From: Amoebophrya sp. A120
Lineage: Eukaryota > Protista > Dinoflagellata
NCBI GenBank assembly: GCA_905178155.1
Contig: CAJINV010000012.1
Location: 2,997,412 to 3,061,411 of the forward strand
Reading direction: 5' to 3'
DNA length: 64,000 nt
The notes under the pieces were generated by a model. The model was not told where the DNA came from, did no database searches, and was given only the letters and a program-made list of their open reading frames with translations. Every line of letters starts with the position of its first letter. Position 1 is the stretch's first letter. Below are positions 1 through 13,420 of this stretch, piece by piece. Both the position numbers and the translations under genes were made by a program.

Positions 1-1914
1 ACTCCCGACGGAACTCCTCGTGCCTTTTCTCGCTCGCCTCGACCTCGTTCAGCAATTCCGTGATTTTCCGCTGGTACTGCCGCTTCATCACACTATCCAG
101 GTGTTGGAGGCTCTTGGTTGATGTTGTACTTCTAGCAGGACTGGTGGGCGGATGATCGAGAACAAGATGATGATCACCAGCTCCTGGCTCACCCCCTGGA
201 GAAGTGCTGTTCTTGATGCCCCCTCCGACATTTTTGATACTATTCGCCAGCTCCGCCTTGGTTTCCTCGAGTAACAGCTCCAACTCCTGAATACGGTGCA
301 AATCTTCCAACCGCGGGCTCTTCTCGACCGGCGCCAGCACGCTCGTGCCAAACGCGACCGAGGGGCCTTCGTGGAAGTCGTCGTCCTCTTCGAAAGAGTG
401 GCTATCATTTGGATTGCGCTCTTGCGCAGCTGCTGCCCTTGTCGCGGGCGAAGATTTGTTCATTGTCATATTATTTCTGCTGGTAAATTGCGCCTGGAGC
501 TCCAGCTCTTTCACCTTCGACTTCAACCTCTCGTTTTCCTCTTCAAATTGCAGCACTGCGGTTTTGAACCGAGTCGCTTCTTCATTTTCTTCCTCCAACT
601 CTTGGACTCGCAACCGCAGGTCCTGCAAAATATTTTCCTTCTCGCTAAGCATGTTTTCGTACTTCATTGATTTATTCTGCAGTTCCATCTCCAGCTCCGC
701 CACGGCGGTCTCTCTCTCCTGGGTCGTCGCCTGCAATTCCTCGCGGAGAAGCTGCAACTCTACTTCGGCGTTTTGCTCTGCAGCACCTTTTCCTTTATTT
801 CCCCCCTCGTCCGTGAGCTGCATCGCCGGCGAAGTAGTAGATCCGGCTCCGGAGGTTACTCGCCTGGCACTCAGGTCGTGGTCATAACCGCCTCCCCTTT
901 CATCATTCTGCTCCGGCGACAAAACGCCAGCGGAGGAGGAACCGCCCGCGGCCAACTGCGCGTCCTTCTCTTCCAACTCGTTGTTGAGCTCCACAAGCTG
1001 TGCTGTGCAAAAGTATCGCGCTCGTAGTAATTGCAAACATGCATTACAAATCTTGGTCTTAAGGTAAATCCGCATTACAAATTTTATTATCCCATACTGA
1101 GGAAATTTGTAATGCATTTATACGAGTACGATACTTTTGCAATGCATACCAGCTCTGTCTCGAGCGTTTCCTTGATCAACTCGAGCGTTTCCAGTTGCTT
1201 TCTCAACTCGGTGTTTTCCTGCTCCAGTTTCTCCTGCTGCTGCTGCGCGGCTTGCGAACCAGGGCCACCAGCGTGATCGTTTTGAAAAGGATTCCTTCCC
1301 CGCAGTCCCCGCTCAAACGCCCGCCCGCTCGTCTCCGAGCTAACATCGGAAGACTGGTCCTCATCGGGGACGAAGTTTTGCTGATTTTTCCGCAGGTTCT
1401 TCGCTTTTTTGTTTTTCATGGTTCTTCCCCGACGGAAATTGTCGTCTTCGAGCGCAGAATCGACCTCCGAGTCGTCCTGCATTTGTTCCCGGTGCTCCTC
1501 ATTTCCTTCCGCGATCTCCTCCAGCTGCGTTTCCAAATCCTTTACCCTCTCCTCGTAGAAGTCGTCTTTCAGCTTCAGTTTTCGCAAAAACGCGTTTTTC
1601 TCCGCCTCAAATTTCTCCTGCACGCGGTGCTTTTTGTACACCAGATACACACTGAGAAACAGCAGCCAGCAGGTGAGGATGACAAAAATCCAGGTCGCAA
1701 GGGTCGTGGATTCTGACGTAACCAGCACGATGATGAAGAACAAGATGGGGAAAAACAGCAGAAAAACCACCAAATAAGCCCGCTCCAATCGCTGCCGCTG
1801 GTCCTTGGACAGCGACTGGGCGAAGCTGGGCTTCATCGGTGTTGGTGCCATGGCTCCACCTGAGCCACCACCTTGTCCAGAGGGTTGTGCTAGTACAACT
1901 CCTGGAGCTTTCAT
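1..1914 (-). CDS. Coiled-coil protein with two N-terminal TM helices; 2 exons seen, runs off the window start
   Basis: ATG at 1914; hydrophobic helices AYLVVFLLFFPILFFIIVLV and LATWIFVILTCWLLFLSVYLVY. Removing the intron at about 998-1149 joins ETEL to LVELNNELEEKDAQ; an E/L/K-rich frame then stays open to position 1. Confidence 0.8.
999..1148. mobile_element. Introner, family D
   Basis: TIR tgtgctgtgcaaaagtatcg / cgatacttttgcaatgcata; DR caagc/ccagc; also removable as GT-AG 998-1149. Confidence 0.85.
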
Positions 1915-2895
1915 GTCTTGGTCAAGCTTTGGCTTGTCTTTAGAATAAATCCCGACAAAAATTCACGCACTGGAGCTCCGGTTCTTTACGCCGTCGGCGT
2001 CGTAATTCTTGCACGAGGCGAACGGTGCGCGCCGGCCGTTTTCGTTTGCGCGAGGTGGCCATGGTGATGTCTTTATTTCGATAGTACTACACAGAAGTTG
2101 CTAGCACCAAATCAAAAATTTGCGACAAAAACTCTTTCCCGTAAGTAGTTGCAGTTGCTCCCTGCAAGGTAACTGCTCAGGCTGCTGGTAGCAGAAATTT
2201 CTTTTTCTCACCCGATAATTCGCAGCTCGCAAAAACTTCCAGCTCAAACAGCAGAAGTACTTGTGAGTGTGCCTCAACGAATATTGATTATGCCGCTCGT
2301 GAAACCATAACAATGCAGTGTCAACAAACGAATCAACTATAGAAAAAGCATCATCTTCTCGATATTCGGCGGTGGAAACTGGTAAACCACGAGATTAATG
2401 TCTCGTTCATCTCGGCGGATACTTACTGAACGCAGTGGACCAATACGTGGTTGCAAGTTCTACAGCTGGAGGTTCTTTTTTACGCCAAACTGCGCTCGGA
2501 GGTCGAATGAATCTACCTTAAACGATTCACAGAAAAACGATTACAGTGCTGGAAAAATTGACGCAAATAACAGTCCCAATTACGGCGTCTGATGAACACA
2601 GTTCACTGCGCCTGCTCCGTATGCAGCAACAGCGGATAAGTACCAATCAACAAGGTGCTTGCCTGCTGTGGTCAAGATCCTTTCCTGAAGTGTTATTTTG
2701 CCTGCTACTATGATACCAAAGTCGCGTCGGTTGAAATCGTTTGTCTTCGAGCTTATCTTTCCAGCGCTTCTCGTCGCTGCTGTGTACATTGAAAAATTGT
2801 TAAGGACTCTACACTGCCAGATGCGAACGATGATGATTTGCAACCGGTTATGCGGTGCATCGGTTGTTATTTCTCATCGATGAAGCAACGCTTTA

Positions 2896-5800
2896 TCACC
2901 CGGTTTTCGGCTTTTTCGCGTTTTTGTCTTCCATGACAATGTCGAAACTTTTCGGCGGCGTGTCCGGCATCACGCAGGAGATGCGCTTGTAGAGATATCA
3001 AATGCGCAAATGTCTGGGTCTGGAAGATTCCGAGATTTGTCATGCAGTTTTTCAAGCTCCGCCAGGTCTGGAATGCAGGGCCTAGCATCACAGGTTCTGC
3101 AGCCCCTTGGTGATGCCTATTCTGCATGAGAAATGCCCTCTCAACATGGCCAGAAGTGGGGACCTTTTGCAAGTCATGCAACACAGATTTTTGTATGATC
3201 CGCAACACGCATCACAAGTTCGGATTCTTCCAGACCCAGATGACATTTTTACATTTGATAAGAGACACATGTAGGCGATCTGCGTATCCGCGCGGCCGCC
3301 CTGCAGGTCCAGATTTATTCCGGTGATCTGCTTCCACTCGTATTGCAGCACATCCTCATCGTCGAACAGGAGCTGTTGTGATTTGTATTGCACAGCATCT
3401 ACTAATGTAACCAATTCACGAATTACTCGCCTTTGCCATGCAGAGTTCAGAACTCAGAAAAAATCTCTGATGCAGAAACCACTGCACAAACTGTACCCAT
3501 TGGTCGTCCTTGTAGTCTTTCCCATCTGCGGAGTGGTTCTTCACCCACCCCACATAGTGGCCGCCCTGGAGACTTCGGCCTTTGTGGGACACGATACCGA
3601 CCAGCTCGTATTGCCCGGTGTGGAAGTCTTTCATTTTCTGGTCGACTTCCATGGGAACAACTGCGATATAGGTGGTATTGCAAATTTTGCATGACAAAAG
3701 TAGAGCTAGTAGTCATTTTTGCATGACAAGTTTTTCATCGTGGTGACAAGGACAACTAGGCCATCTATGCATGACAAGTATGATACAGTAAACTGTTTAT
3801 TTAATACCTGCCTCTTTCTTCTCTTCCTCTTCCTTTCCGAAGTTCTTAATTTTTTCCTGCTCTGCCTCCACCTCGGCCTCCCGCTTTTCCCGGAGTTTCA
3901 GCCGGCCCACGGACAAATCTTTCTGCAAGTCTGCGGAAGCGTAGTCGTAGACGTCGAGCGTCGAGCTAAACGCGCACTTCCGCACCATCTTCACCGCGCT
4001 GGCCTCGGTGCCCGCGACGGTGTTGGCCTGCTTGTAGCCGAACCGGGCAAACTGGACCCACAGGTAGTCGGGGAGCGACGCCATACACGTAGATTTCTCA
4101 TACTGGGCGAGGCGGCCTGAAAGTGAAAGTTGGGATGGCGCATCAGCATGACAGAAGATGTTCTTAAAGTGAAAACCTCTCTTGCATTATGGCCAATGAT
4201 ATTACCGTGATGCAGAAGTTGTGATTAACAGGAATGAATCATGCTGCAATCATCAGTACTTACCTAAGCTGGGACTGTTTTTCTCCAGGTGCTCCTTCAA
4301 GCTGTGTTTAATCCCCTCGTGCATGTGCGACACAGGCTCGGTGGTGGAGCCCATGTGGCAGACAAAGAAGCGGTAGGACTTTATCAAAAGGAAAAATCCC
4401 CCCTCTCCGCATCGAAAAGGTATGTTTCCGAAAATTTGCGTTGCTGGTTTGAGGTCACAAGTCGCATTTGTCTTGCAAGAAGACAGGGCCAGAAGCTTCG
4501 CCCCGTCATGGAAGCGATTTGTCATGCTGTTGGGCCTAGAGGGGAACCGTTTGCCATGCTGAACAACTAGACCCATACGCCCCTACCTCGCCTGGGGATC
4601 TGGTCGCAATGCCTCTCTGCAGTGCAAAGCTGATTTGCGTACACAAATCCAGCATCAGAAATTCCGTTTTGATATGGGGAGGGGGGATTTTTCCTTTCGA
4701 TAGACTCTTGTCGCTCTTCTGGCGGCTCGTCCTCAGACTCCAGGCACTTGTACCTGATACAGCGAAGTAGATTTGGTATCCTTTTTAATGGCTCCAAGCA
4801 TGACAAACCACTTTTTTTTTGCCTCTTTACGCATGACAAGTAATCATTTACTAATCACTGAACAATGCGACTTCTGTTTTTCTTACTGGCTCTTCATCCG
4901 GAACCCGAACAAGGAGTCCACTATGTTCGTTGTTTTCCCGTCCACCTCCTTTTGCGTCGCGTTGCCGATCACCGAGAACATTTCTCGCAGGCACTCCTCT
5001 GCGTCTTGCTGCTGGTAGTTCGGCGGGTTCCCTGTAGCCTGGCCAAACTGTGGGAATCTCTGCCGCAAGGTGTTGACAAAAGCAAACGGGGTGACGGTGT
5101 CGGTGGTAGACTCCATCTGGTTGAAAAAATTCCGCATCGAGGTGACGAACTGCCCGTCGCTGGGCGCGCCGAGACTGCCCGCGAAGGAGGAAGAACTGGA
5201 GGAGGAGGAGCTTGGAATCAATCCGTCCTTGAACTCGGGCACCGTTTTCAAAACTTGCACAACGGAGTTCATGTAGCAGGTGTTCCCGAGATTTTTCAGC
5301 CCGCACGGGAGCACCTCGATCTTCTTTTCCTTCAAAATTTTTGCCCTTTCTTCCGCGGTGAGATCCTCCATGAAAACCGTTTTCTCAGCCGGCTTTTCGA
5401 TCTCCTTTCCCTCGGCAGTGCCGATCTGATAGTACGAAGATTTTTTGATGGTGAGGAACGGGTTGACCAAGGTTTCAGGACACATTATATTTTCCTCGTT
5501 TATCTCCTGCAACTTTTTCAGCAACAGTGAAAATAAATTGTGCATGATGCACAACTACCTCTACATTCTCGAGAAATGATCTTCAACAGTGCAACTCCGT
5601 GTCTACTTACTTGACCTTCTTATACCAGCTGCACTTTCGCATTCGGTTTCAGCTTCTTGATTTTTGCCGTCAGGTCGTCCGAATCCTTTAACAAACCGCC
5701 GGCAAATCCGAGGAATTTCATCCGATCCGTCGGCACGTTGGTCTATCCTGTGCAAAAGTATCGCACTCGTATAAATGCAAGTGTTGCATTTTTTTCGTAT

Positions 5801-5994
5801 CGTAAATCCGCATTACAAATTTTATTTCTCACGCGGAGGAAATTTGTAATGCATTTATACGAGTACGATACTTTTGCAATGCATATGGTCATGGAATAAA
5901 CCAGGGATTTAAAATCCTCGACCGAAAGACCCTCTTCGACGTCGACGGTCAATTCTTGCTTCCCCCATTTCAAAGGCAGCTTCATGTTGGGCAT
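2896..5994 (-). CDS. USP14: Ubiquitin carboxyl-terminal hydrolase 14 / Ubp6 (9 exons)
   Basis: N-terminal UBL (LKWGKQEL...NVPTDRMKFLG); Cys box GLKNLGNTCYMNSVVQ; QQQDAEEC; His box GIVSHKGRSLQGGHYVGWVK; WLLFDDEDV; IAYMCLY. Introns at 5744-5885, 5426-5625, 4754-4886, 4382-4702, 4117-4263, 3661-3807, 3373-3496, 2996-3260; stop at 2896-2898. Confidence 0.95.
2996..3260. mobile_element. Introner, family A
   Basis: TIR tatcaaatg...tctgggtctggaa / ttccagacccaga...tttgata; DR agaga; joins YMCL-YKRI. Confidence 0.9.
4382..4702. mobile_element. Introner, family B
   Basis: TIR tatcaaaaggaaaaatcccc / ggggatttttcctttcgata; DR gactt/gactc. Confidence 0.9.
5744..5885. mobile_element. Introner, family D
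   Basis: TIR tatcctgtgcaaaagtatcg; DR tggtc; joins SMT-NVPTD. Confidence 0.9.
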
Positions 5995-6691
5995 TGGGTG
6001 GGCGTGTCTGTCGTTGGTGGTACTTGTACTACTTAATTTTGTTGAATTAAAGACTACTGATGTTGTATCAAAGCCTGCACAAATTTCTAGAAGTTTGTAT
6101 GGTCGCTACTAGAGTACTATTGAATTATTACTTACTGGTCGTGTCGCTGTAAAAATGGGAAAAACGTAAAAGACAGGGTAGAAGCAGAACTATTAGGCAG
6201 ATTCTCGGAAGAAAATTCTGAGAAATTTACAGTGAGGTCACACACACTCCGACAAGAACTTTCACAGTTACAAGAACAGCTGTATATCTTAAACTACTTA
6301 CGCTCCTCGTCATGTTCTATAATTTCTCGCTTTCTTTGTTGGATCTATGATCATTCAAAAGAACAGGAGTATTAAATTCTACATGGAGGAAAGAAAAGCA
6401 CGAAGCACTCCTGCAACGACGGAACAGAAGCATTCGAGCGGCTCGAATAAAGTGGCAACCTCTTTTCTATCTACTGCGCCAGATTCTGCGGCATGCAGTG
6501 TCACCATCCGATAGAGGTGCAACTACAGGAGAATTGCTCCCGTGGAATCTTCCTATTTCTCGTTTTCCTGCTATGGGAATTACAACCCTCGATTCTTTTA
6601 TTTCCCCAAAACAGGAGTCTGGGTCTGTATCTGTCCTCTGGCGCGAAGAAGAAAGCGTTTTATTTCACTTGGTCCTTATTTCTACTCTCCC

Positions 6692-9593
6692 CTACAAAGG
6701 TTGTGTCAGCGGATCGAGTAAAATCCCCAATAGATGCATCTCGTGGCCGATCTCGCGCATGAGCAGGTTGAGGAGCGTCTGCTTAATTTCGACTTTCGTG
6801 GGATTGCTGGCGTGGTGGTGGTAGAAGCAATATGCCCGTAGTCAAAACTTTCATCGTCTTCAGTACAATTTCGTGAACAAGGTGATGCAGTTACTACTTG
6901 TGGCGCTCCTTGTGCCAAAACATGCAGGATCATGCAGAGAGTACTGAATAGAAAGACCTCGACGTCTCTCCTCCATGCATACATTGGATAACGACTGTCC
7001 CAAGTCGCACCTCTGTTATACGAAGCTCTCCAGTCCTGATATTCCAGAAGGGAACTGAAACGTGCCTTAAGACGATAGCTTCTATCTTCCTGCATACCAG
7101 CGCGAGCAGCTTGACCTTCCAGGGGCAGCTGGCCTGCACAATCTCCTGCCACCGCCGCGGTTTCACAAACTCGACTTGCCATGTGCGATTCGGCACGGCG
7201 TCGTTCTGTTTTAGTAGAAAAACACGTTCGTAGCTTCTTGAATTTTCTTCCCCGCATCATGATCTTCTTCTTCGCTGTGAAGAACGAAGAACGAAAATGA
7301 TCAGTCACAACAGCACATACATGTCTGCTTATGACAAACAGCATCTTCAAGCAACCACTTTGCGAACAAAAAATTCAAATTACCGAAAATTCTTCCTGAT
7401 TCGAAGACGAAGATTACACCAAGATAGAAGTATAGCAAAATTACAAGCAAAAGGGTAGTAGAAGCTACTCCGCCGACTTTCCGTTTTGTCTGAAAGTCCC
7501 AGAGTCGCTTCAGCGATTCGAATATCGAATGCAAAGATGTCTGGGTCTGGAAGTAGCGTGGAACCTGTATTGCGTGTCTTGGATTCCTGTAAAATCTGTA
7601 TTGCATCAGCAACAAAAGGGATAGGGAATCTGCTTCTTCCGTCATGCAAGAAACGCGCAGCTTCTAATGCGCACTACGCATGAGGAACTGGAATTCGAAA
7701 ATTTTGTCATGCTTGGCTGCAAGCAGGAGTATGCTCAATCATGATCGCCACTCAGCATTACAAGTTTCCAGACCTAGGCATGTTTATTGCAATGGATATC
7801 GAAAGGTTCCTTCGCGGGATCCGGGTTCCACTCCGCCAGATCAGAGAACAGGTAGCGCTATCCAATGCAAATATGTATGCCGGTCTGGGTTTGTGATGCG
7901 AACTTTGAAGGATAGCGAGCATTTGTGATGCATGAACACGATCGAGCTGATTTTTTTGTCATGCTGTGGAACTCAGATTGTCATGCAAAACACCATAGAA
8001 CTCGCAATACCACCTGCAAAATTTGCGATGCGCGGACGCCGTACAAAAGATCGCTCTGCCATGCAAAACTCAGCAACACAAATTCGCTGCAGCGTCTTTC
8101 CAGACCCAGACATATCAATTTGCAGTTGATAAGCGCTCGACCCAGGAGCATCGCATTCGCTCGTCGGAGGTATACAGGCAGACACCGCGCATAAACCTGA
8201 CAGGGTTCGTTCTGTCGACATTTCATTCAAGTGTCAAAAACATTGTGCTGGGTAGTACTGAACAAACCCGCAGCTGAAAACAACACCCGACTTGTTCCTT
8301 GTGATACACGACAGCTGCACCCACTCTTGATACAGATGCGACATACAGTAGAAAGAAAAAACCAATTCTATCAAAATACGGCGTCCCCTCCCGATCAAAG
8401 TGGTTTGTGTAGAATCCCGGGCACTCGTTTGCCATCTTCACATTCAAATCCAGCTGGGGACAGTTGGCGCCGAAGTCTAAAATGCGGGCGAGCTTCTTGA
8501 TCATTTTCATTTTCAACTGCCTGCTATCCGGCTTGATTTTGTACATGTCCTTGTTGACGCAGCGGAGCCGCAGCACGTCGAAAATGTCCAAGAACTTCGA
8601 AGCCATGTGCAGCAGGTCGGACTTGTCAATGTTTTCATTCGCGTACTTTTTCAGACTATCGGAGAGCTGTTTCTCTTGTTCATAGTTGTGCTCGCCGTGC
8701 CATGCGTTGTAAAGCTCCTCCGTGTATTCAATGCAAACATGTCCTCTCGACGTGTTCTGGAAAATTTCTGGCACATCTCTTTAACTGCAGCCAAGCATGA
8801 CAAGTTTTTTGAAAGAACAAGACCGCTCCTGGTTCGTCATCATCATTTGTGCGCATATCGAGGAGGGAAGCTGCGTCCGTTTCATCTGCATGACAAAAGA
8901 CGCTTTGCTTGTGTCCTCGGCTAAGTATGCAACACAGACTTTACAGAAATGCAAATGCAAGGCAAGCATCACAAGTTCCACTTTTTCATACCCAGAGCAC
9001 ATATTTGCAGATGATACCGTGTCGGGATGAATTTTTCGTTTCGAACTCCCGTAAACATCTGTCGTGGTCCTGGAAGAGGTTCCATTCCCGCCGCCCCGAG
9101 TGGAACTTTTGTTCATCCCGAGATTACTACTATTTTTCGGCCTCGCTTTCGCTTTCCCACTGGCCTGCTTTCTCTGTGCCGTATTCATCTGCTCTCCTGC
9201 GGTGGTCAACATCTGGGCAGGAGCACCAGACGACGTAGTAGATTTGGCGCCGTAGGGACCGCTACGCGCCGCTGAGTTTTTATTTTTCAGATTGTTACTC
9301 CTCCCTCCTCCCGCGGGGCGCGACTCTGAGTCTATCTGATCCATGTTTTCCGGAAGCAGGTTCGAGAGGTCCACCGGTTTTTTCTTATTCCTGCTGGCGG
9401 AGTTCTGTGCCAGGAAGGATGTTGTCGAAATTGGTCCTCTCGAGGAACCGGGTGCGTGGTCGCCGGTTTTTGATGTCGCAGCACCGTCCAGTATCGCATC
9501 AAATGTGTGGTAATCCGGATTCATCGGCAAGGCGGCTGCCGAGGACGAGGAGGCAGAGCTCCCGCCCGCGGGGTTGTCAGGGACAGGCGGCAT
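6692..9593 (-). CDS. Hypothetical protein with low-complexity N-terminus and F-box-like motif; multi-exon, 3' end provisional
   Basis: ATG at 9593; introner removal joins HPDT-EELYNAW. DLLHMASKFLDIFDVLRLRCVNKDM resembles the F-box consensus. The frame continues across 7859-8131 and 7523-7798 (WVER-YLFSDLAEW...EPFE-SLKRLWDF). Exons below 7460 are uncertain. Confidence 0.6.
7523..7798. mobile_element. Introner, family A
   Basis: TAT...ATA, tctgggtctggaa TIR, DR tcgaa. Confidence 0.85.
7859..8131. mobile_element. Introner, family A
   Basis: TAT...ATA, DR agcgc. Confidence 0.85.
8725..9016. mobile_element. Introner, family A (diverged)
   Basis: TAT...ATA, DR ccgtg. Confidence 0.8.
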
Positions 9594-12500
9594 GATTTCA
9601 GGATATTTTTACTTCGCGGGTGAAGAGAAATGTAATAATTTCGATTTCCTTCGTTATTCTTGCTAGCTAATTGTTCTCTGTCTGGACACTAGGCACTAAG
9701 AAAACATCGCATTCGAAACTGCACTAGTTCTATCGATGCTTGGTTTGTGAAGACTTTTTTTTAGATGAAGACGTCACAGACGGAGCGCTAGTTCTTTATT
9801 CTCGTATTCCACTGATTAGATCTTGTTCATCACTCGTGCAATTCGTTACCTCTCTATCATCAGCAACAAGCCATCACTTTTTCCAGGTATCCCGAGCGGC
9901 AAGCAAAGCCGCGAAAGAAAGTAAGAACCGGGCACCAGCAGCGCCTGTTCACTGGACCGCCGCAAAAATCTTAATGTGATTACTTGTCACCTTTCACCAG
10001 CAGCAGCCCGCTACTTGCAGCACCATATCTTCACGAAACTGAATAGGCAACTCGCGATCCATATTCCTCCGAACACGCTTGATGTCCTTCCAGAAAAAAC
10101 CAGGCAACGTGCCACGTGGCAGGAGCTGCCAAAAACAGTGACAAGTATTTTTTGCTTTTTTTCAATTTTTCAAGTGATGAGACTAGTCTGGGAAAAATCT
10201 TCATCTCAGTGCAAACAATTCGAGGCCACAGCCTCCAACCAGTTTCTCGTAGGTAGAGCTAGGAAAACTGTGCCACAACCTTCCATAGTACTCGAGGCAA
10301 CGATGCCACAAGCACTAGCTGTAACTTGTGTATATTATTTTCACAGCCTACCATCCTCGTCCTTTTTTTCATCTGTAATATACTGGTTTTCTTTTTCTTG
10401 GCAACGACGGAAAAAAAAATTGACCCGCTGCGCTGCCATTTGGCATGGCAGAGAGCCAATATGTGCTACTTATTTCCGGCGTCCTATTCTTCTTGTTCGC
10501 CATAGTTCTTTTTCCTTCTTCATAGCTGGTACAACATTTAGATTTACAGAATCTCGGCACTGCTGCGCTTTCGAATGTCGCCAAACTGCTTCTGCTGCTA
10601 TCGAATAAACCAATGCTCATCTACTTCCATCTGGGCCACTCTGAATAGCCCCCGAGTCACAGTTTTTCGTAGCAGAGAATCAATGTATTATTTCGGCCAG
10701 CCTTGTTCTGTTATTGGTTGGTGAAGATGACACCACGAAGATCTATTAGAGCTGATAGGAGGTTTTTGTTGATTTTCATATAGAGCAATTATATAGGGCA
10801 GAGAAGCAGTAGAAACTCTGTTCTCGCACAACATCGAAAATTCATACAGAGTTCTTGTGCTGGTGTGAGCTACATAACAATATTACGTCCGCTGTACTAA
10901 ATTCGGTGTCTCGATTAGAAGTGATGAATTTCGAAATGTCGTCCGCAGAGTTATTTTGTCACAGAGTTCTACTCTTTTGCTTGAGCGATTTAATGCTTTG
11001 TAGGTTCTTTTTACCACAAGAAATTATTGCTCCAAGTTGTAGAGAAAAAATTTTCTTTGTGCCATAGCAGAAATAATACTGTTTTACATCCACGCCCTGT
11101 TCTCATCCTTCTTTCCAAATAATTTGGTTTTCAGTGCAGTAAGAGTACTCTTGCTTTCCTAAACTGAGCGTGTAGTAAAGTAGTTCTCTGGATTTTTACA
11201 TCTTGTGACGAGAAATCGCTGGGTTCTTGCGTTAGTACTAAACAGTAGTACAAGCGAGATTTTTCTATTTCTGTGCTACGAGTGATAGTGGTAGAGATTT
11301 TCATCTTTTCCGATAACCCACCGCGGTTGCCCTCCATAATCTTCGTCTTGTTCGTTGGGTATTATTTCCTTGTTCTAATATTTTCGATGTTGATGTCGCA
11401 GCAGCTACCTCTACTCCCGGCCGCACTGCCGTCACAGCTGTGACCAGAACGACCAGAAAGCAAAAGACCACGGCGCGTCTCCACGAAAATATCTTTATTG
11501 CGATGGGAGCTGCTCCGCAGAAGTATTCTTCGAAAGTAATGCTCTGTCTTAAGACTCCTGAGTTGTAGTAGTAGTACATGTAGCAAGTAGTACTCACTAC
11601 AGAGTGCCGCTATATATATGTCCATAGTTTTTAGTTCTTCGATGCTAGAGTGCAATTCCATTTTCCGATACACTTCTTAACAGATCTAGATGGTAAGAAA
11701 TGAGTCATGGCATGTTTCTGTCGCGAGTCTTCAGCAAGACTCGCAACACCATTCTCATTTACCGCTCGGCAAAAAAGGCTGTGCTGCCGTTCACCAAATT
11801 ATATCAGTACTAGAGTGGGGTAAGTACTAGCACGCTCTATTCGTTGGGAAACAGACCCGAACGAGTAAAGTAGTGCATCTCGTCACGCAACAGTGCAACG
11901 GTGTTAACAGCCCTCCTGCCAAGAGCGGTGCGGTGTCTTAATCTAAAGAGATAGTTTTTCGTCCCTCCGTGCCTCTTCATGTTGTAGTGAGAAATTTTCT
12001 CTTTCCGAATAGAAAGAACCGTCCGTGCAGCAACCCCATGTTGCTCTACCCCTTCCTATCACAACCACCTGAATAATAGATAGACATGGAGCCGGCTGCA
12101 ATAGAAATGACGCTCCCTTCTATTTTGGTCGTTCAGTGCGTTATCGTTGTGCAGTTCCAGACATGTGTGTTTTGGTGTAAAAAAAACTTAATCGCGATTC
12201 TTTCATCTCGAGTGTTGTAGTGGGCCACTCGGATAATTTTTTGTTTAGTGTGAAAAAAGCAGGTGTAAAATTTCGACAAACAAGCTACCCGATCGCGCCG
12301 CAACGCGAAAGAAAAAAGTGTTCAACTAGTTGTAAAATTTGTTCGCAACCGAATTAGAGTAGAGATGTTTTGAAGTTCTGTCAAGTTGATGTGAATAAAT
12401 TAGAATGCTGTAAAAAGATTCAATGGCGGTGTATGCTACAAATAGCTTGCTTCATACACGTCAAGTTTTGTTAAATTCAGAATTGCCGTCAAAAGCAGCG

Positions 12501-12642
12501 GTGGACTTCTATTTCTCCTTCTGTCCACAAAAAAAAAGGTGCGCAATTCTGGTGTGAGGTTAGTACCACTTTGCTCCTCAAATCTCGTTTTCTGTTCTGA
12601 ATTCTGTATTTTTCATTTCCGACATCAAAAGCCGCCTCACAT

Positions 12643-13420
12643 TCAGTACATCGGACCGCCGAAGCCCGGGTCCATCGGCGGGAAGCCACCCTTCATCGGC
12701 GGGGCGCCGAAGCCCGGGTTGAAGCCCTTGTCGAAGCCGCCCTTCGGCTGGAAGCCCTTGTCGAAGCCGCCCCCAAATCCCTTGTCCATTCCGAAACCTC
12801 CCTTCCCGAATCCGTTATCAAATCCGCCCTTCCCGAAACCGCCCTTCTTCCCGAATCCGCCCTTGTCAAACCCCTTTCCCTTTCCCTTGCCCTTCCCCTT
12901 TCCGCCCTTGTTGCTCATGCGCGGCACCCCGTCGCCGTTTCCGTGCACGTTGATGGCCGCGGTTTTGCCCTTGGCCTCGTCGTATCAACTGCAAAAATGT
13001 CTGGGTCTAGAAGAGTCAGGACTTGTCGTTGTCATGCACATTTCGCATGACCCATGAGGTCTGTAATGCTGGTGCTAGCATCACAGATCTTTTGAGAGCT
13101 TCTTGATGCTAATTACGCATGAGAAATGCCCTCTCGGCGTGCCAAGAACTGACTCGTCCTCTTGCTGCCCATGCACCACAGATATTTTTCGAATCCGCAG
13201 ACGGCATTACAAGTTCCACTCTTCCAGACCCAGACATATGTGCATTCCATACGTCGATCTGGGTATCGTAGGTAACCGTTTCGCCCTCGTTCAGCGCCTT
13301 AAACCCTTCTTTTTCGATCGAGGTGTAGTGGACGAACACATCGTCTCCGCCGTCCGAAGGCTGGATAAACCCAAAGCCTTTTTCGGCGTTGAAAAATTTC
13401 ACGGTGCCAGTCAGAGACAT
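12643..13420 (-). CDS. Cold-shock domain protein with Gly/Phe/Lys-rich tail (2 exons)
   Basis: [15 protein letters not shown] (RNP1) and DVFVHYT (RNP2); introner removal joins [15 protein letters not shown]; GFDKG repeats; stop at 12643. Confidence 0.93.
12983..13251. mobile_element. Introner, family A
   Basis: TAT...ATA, DR cgtcg. Confidence 0.9.

Noticed and set aside
345-887. Long plus-strand ORFs (also 12539-13057, 52202-52684, 55780-56277, 62168-62815)
   Set aside because: These are antisense shadows of minus-strand exons with Ser/Phe/Pro-biased composition.
9600-12600. ORFs in the long intergenic gap (e.g. 9976-10608, 11301-11673)
   Set aside because: AT-rich, no motifs and no exon-like codon usage; treated as non-coding, although a short gene cannot be excluded.
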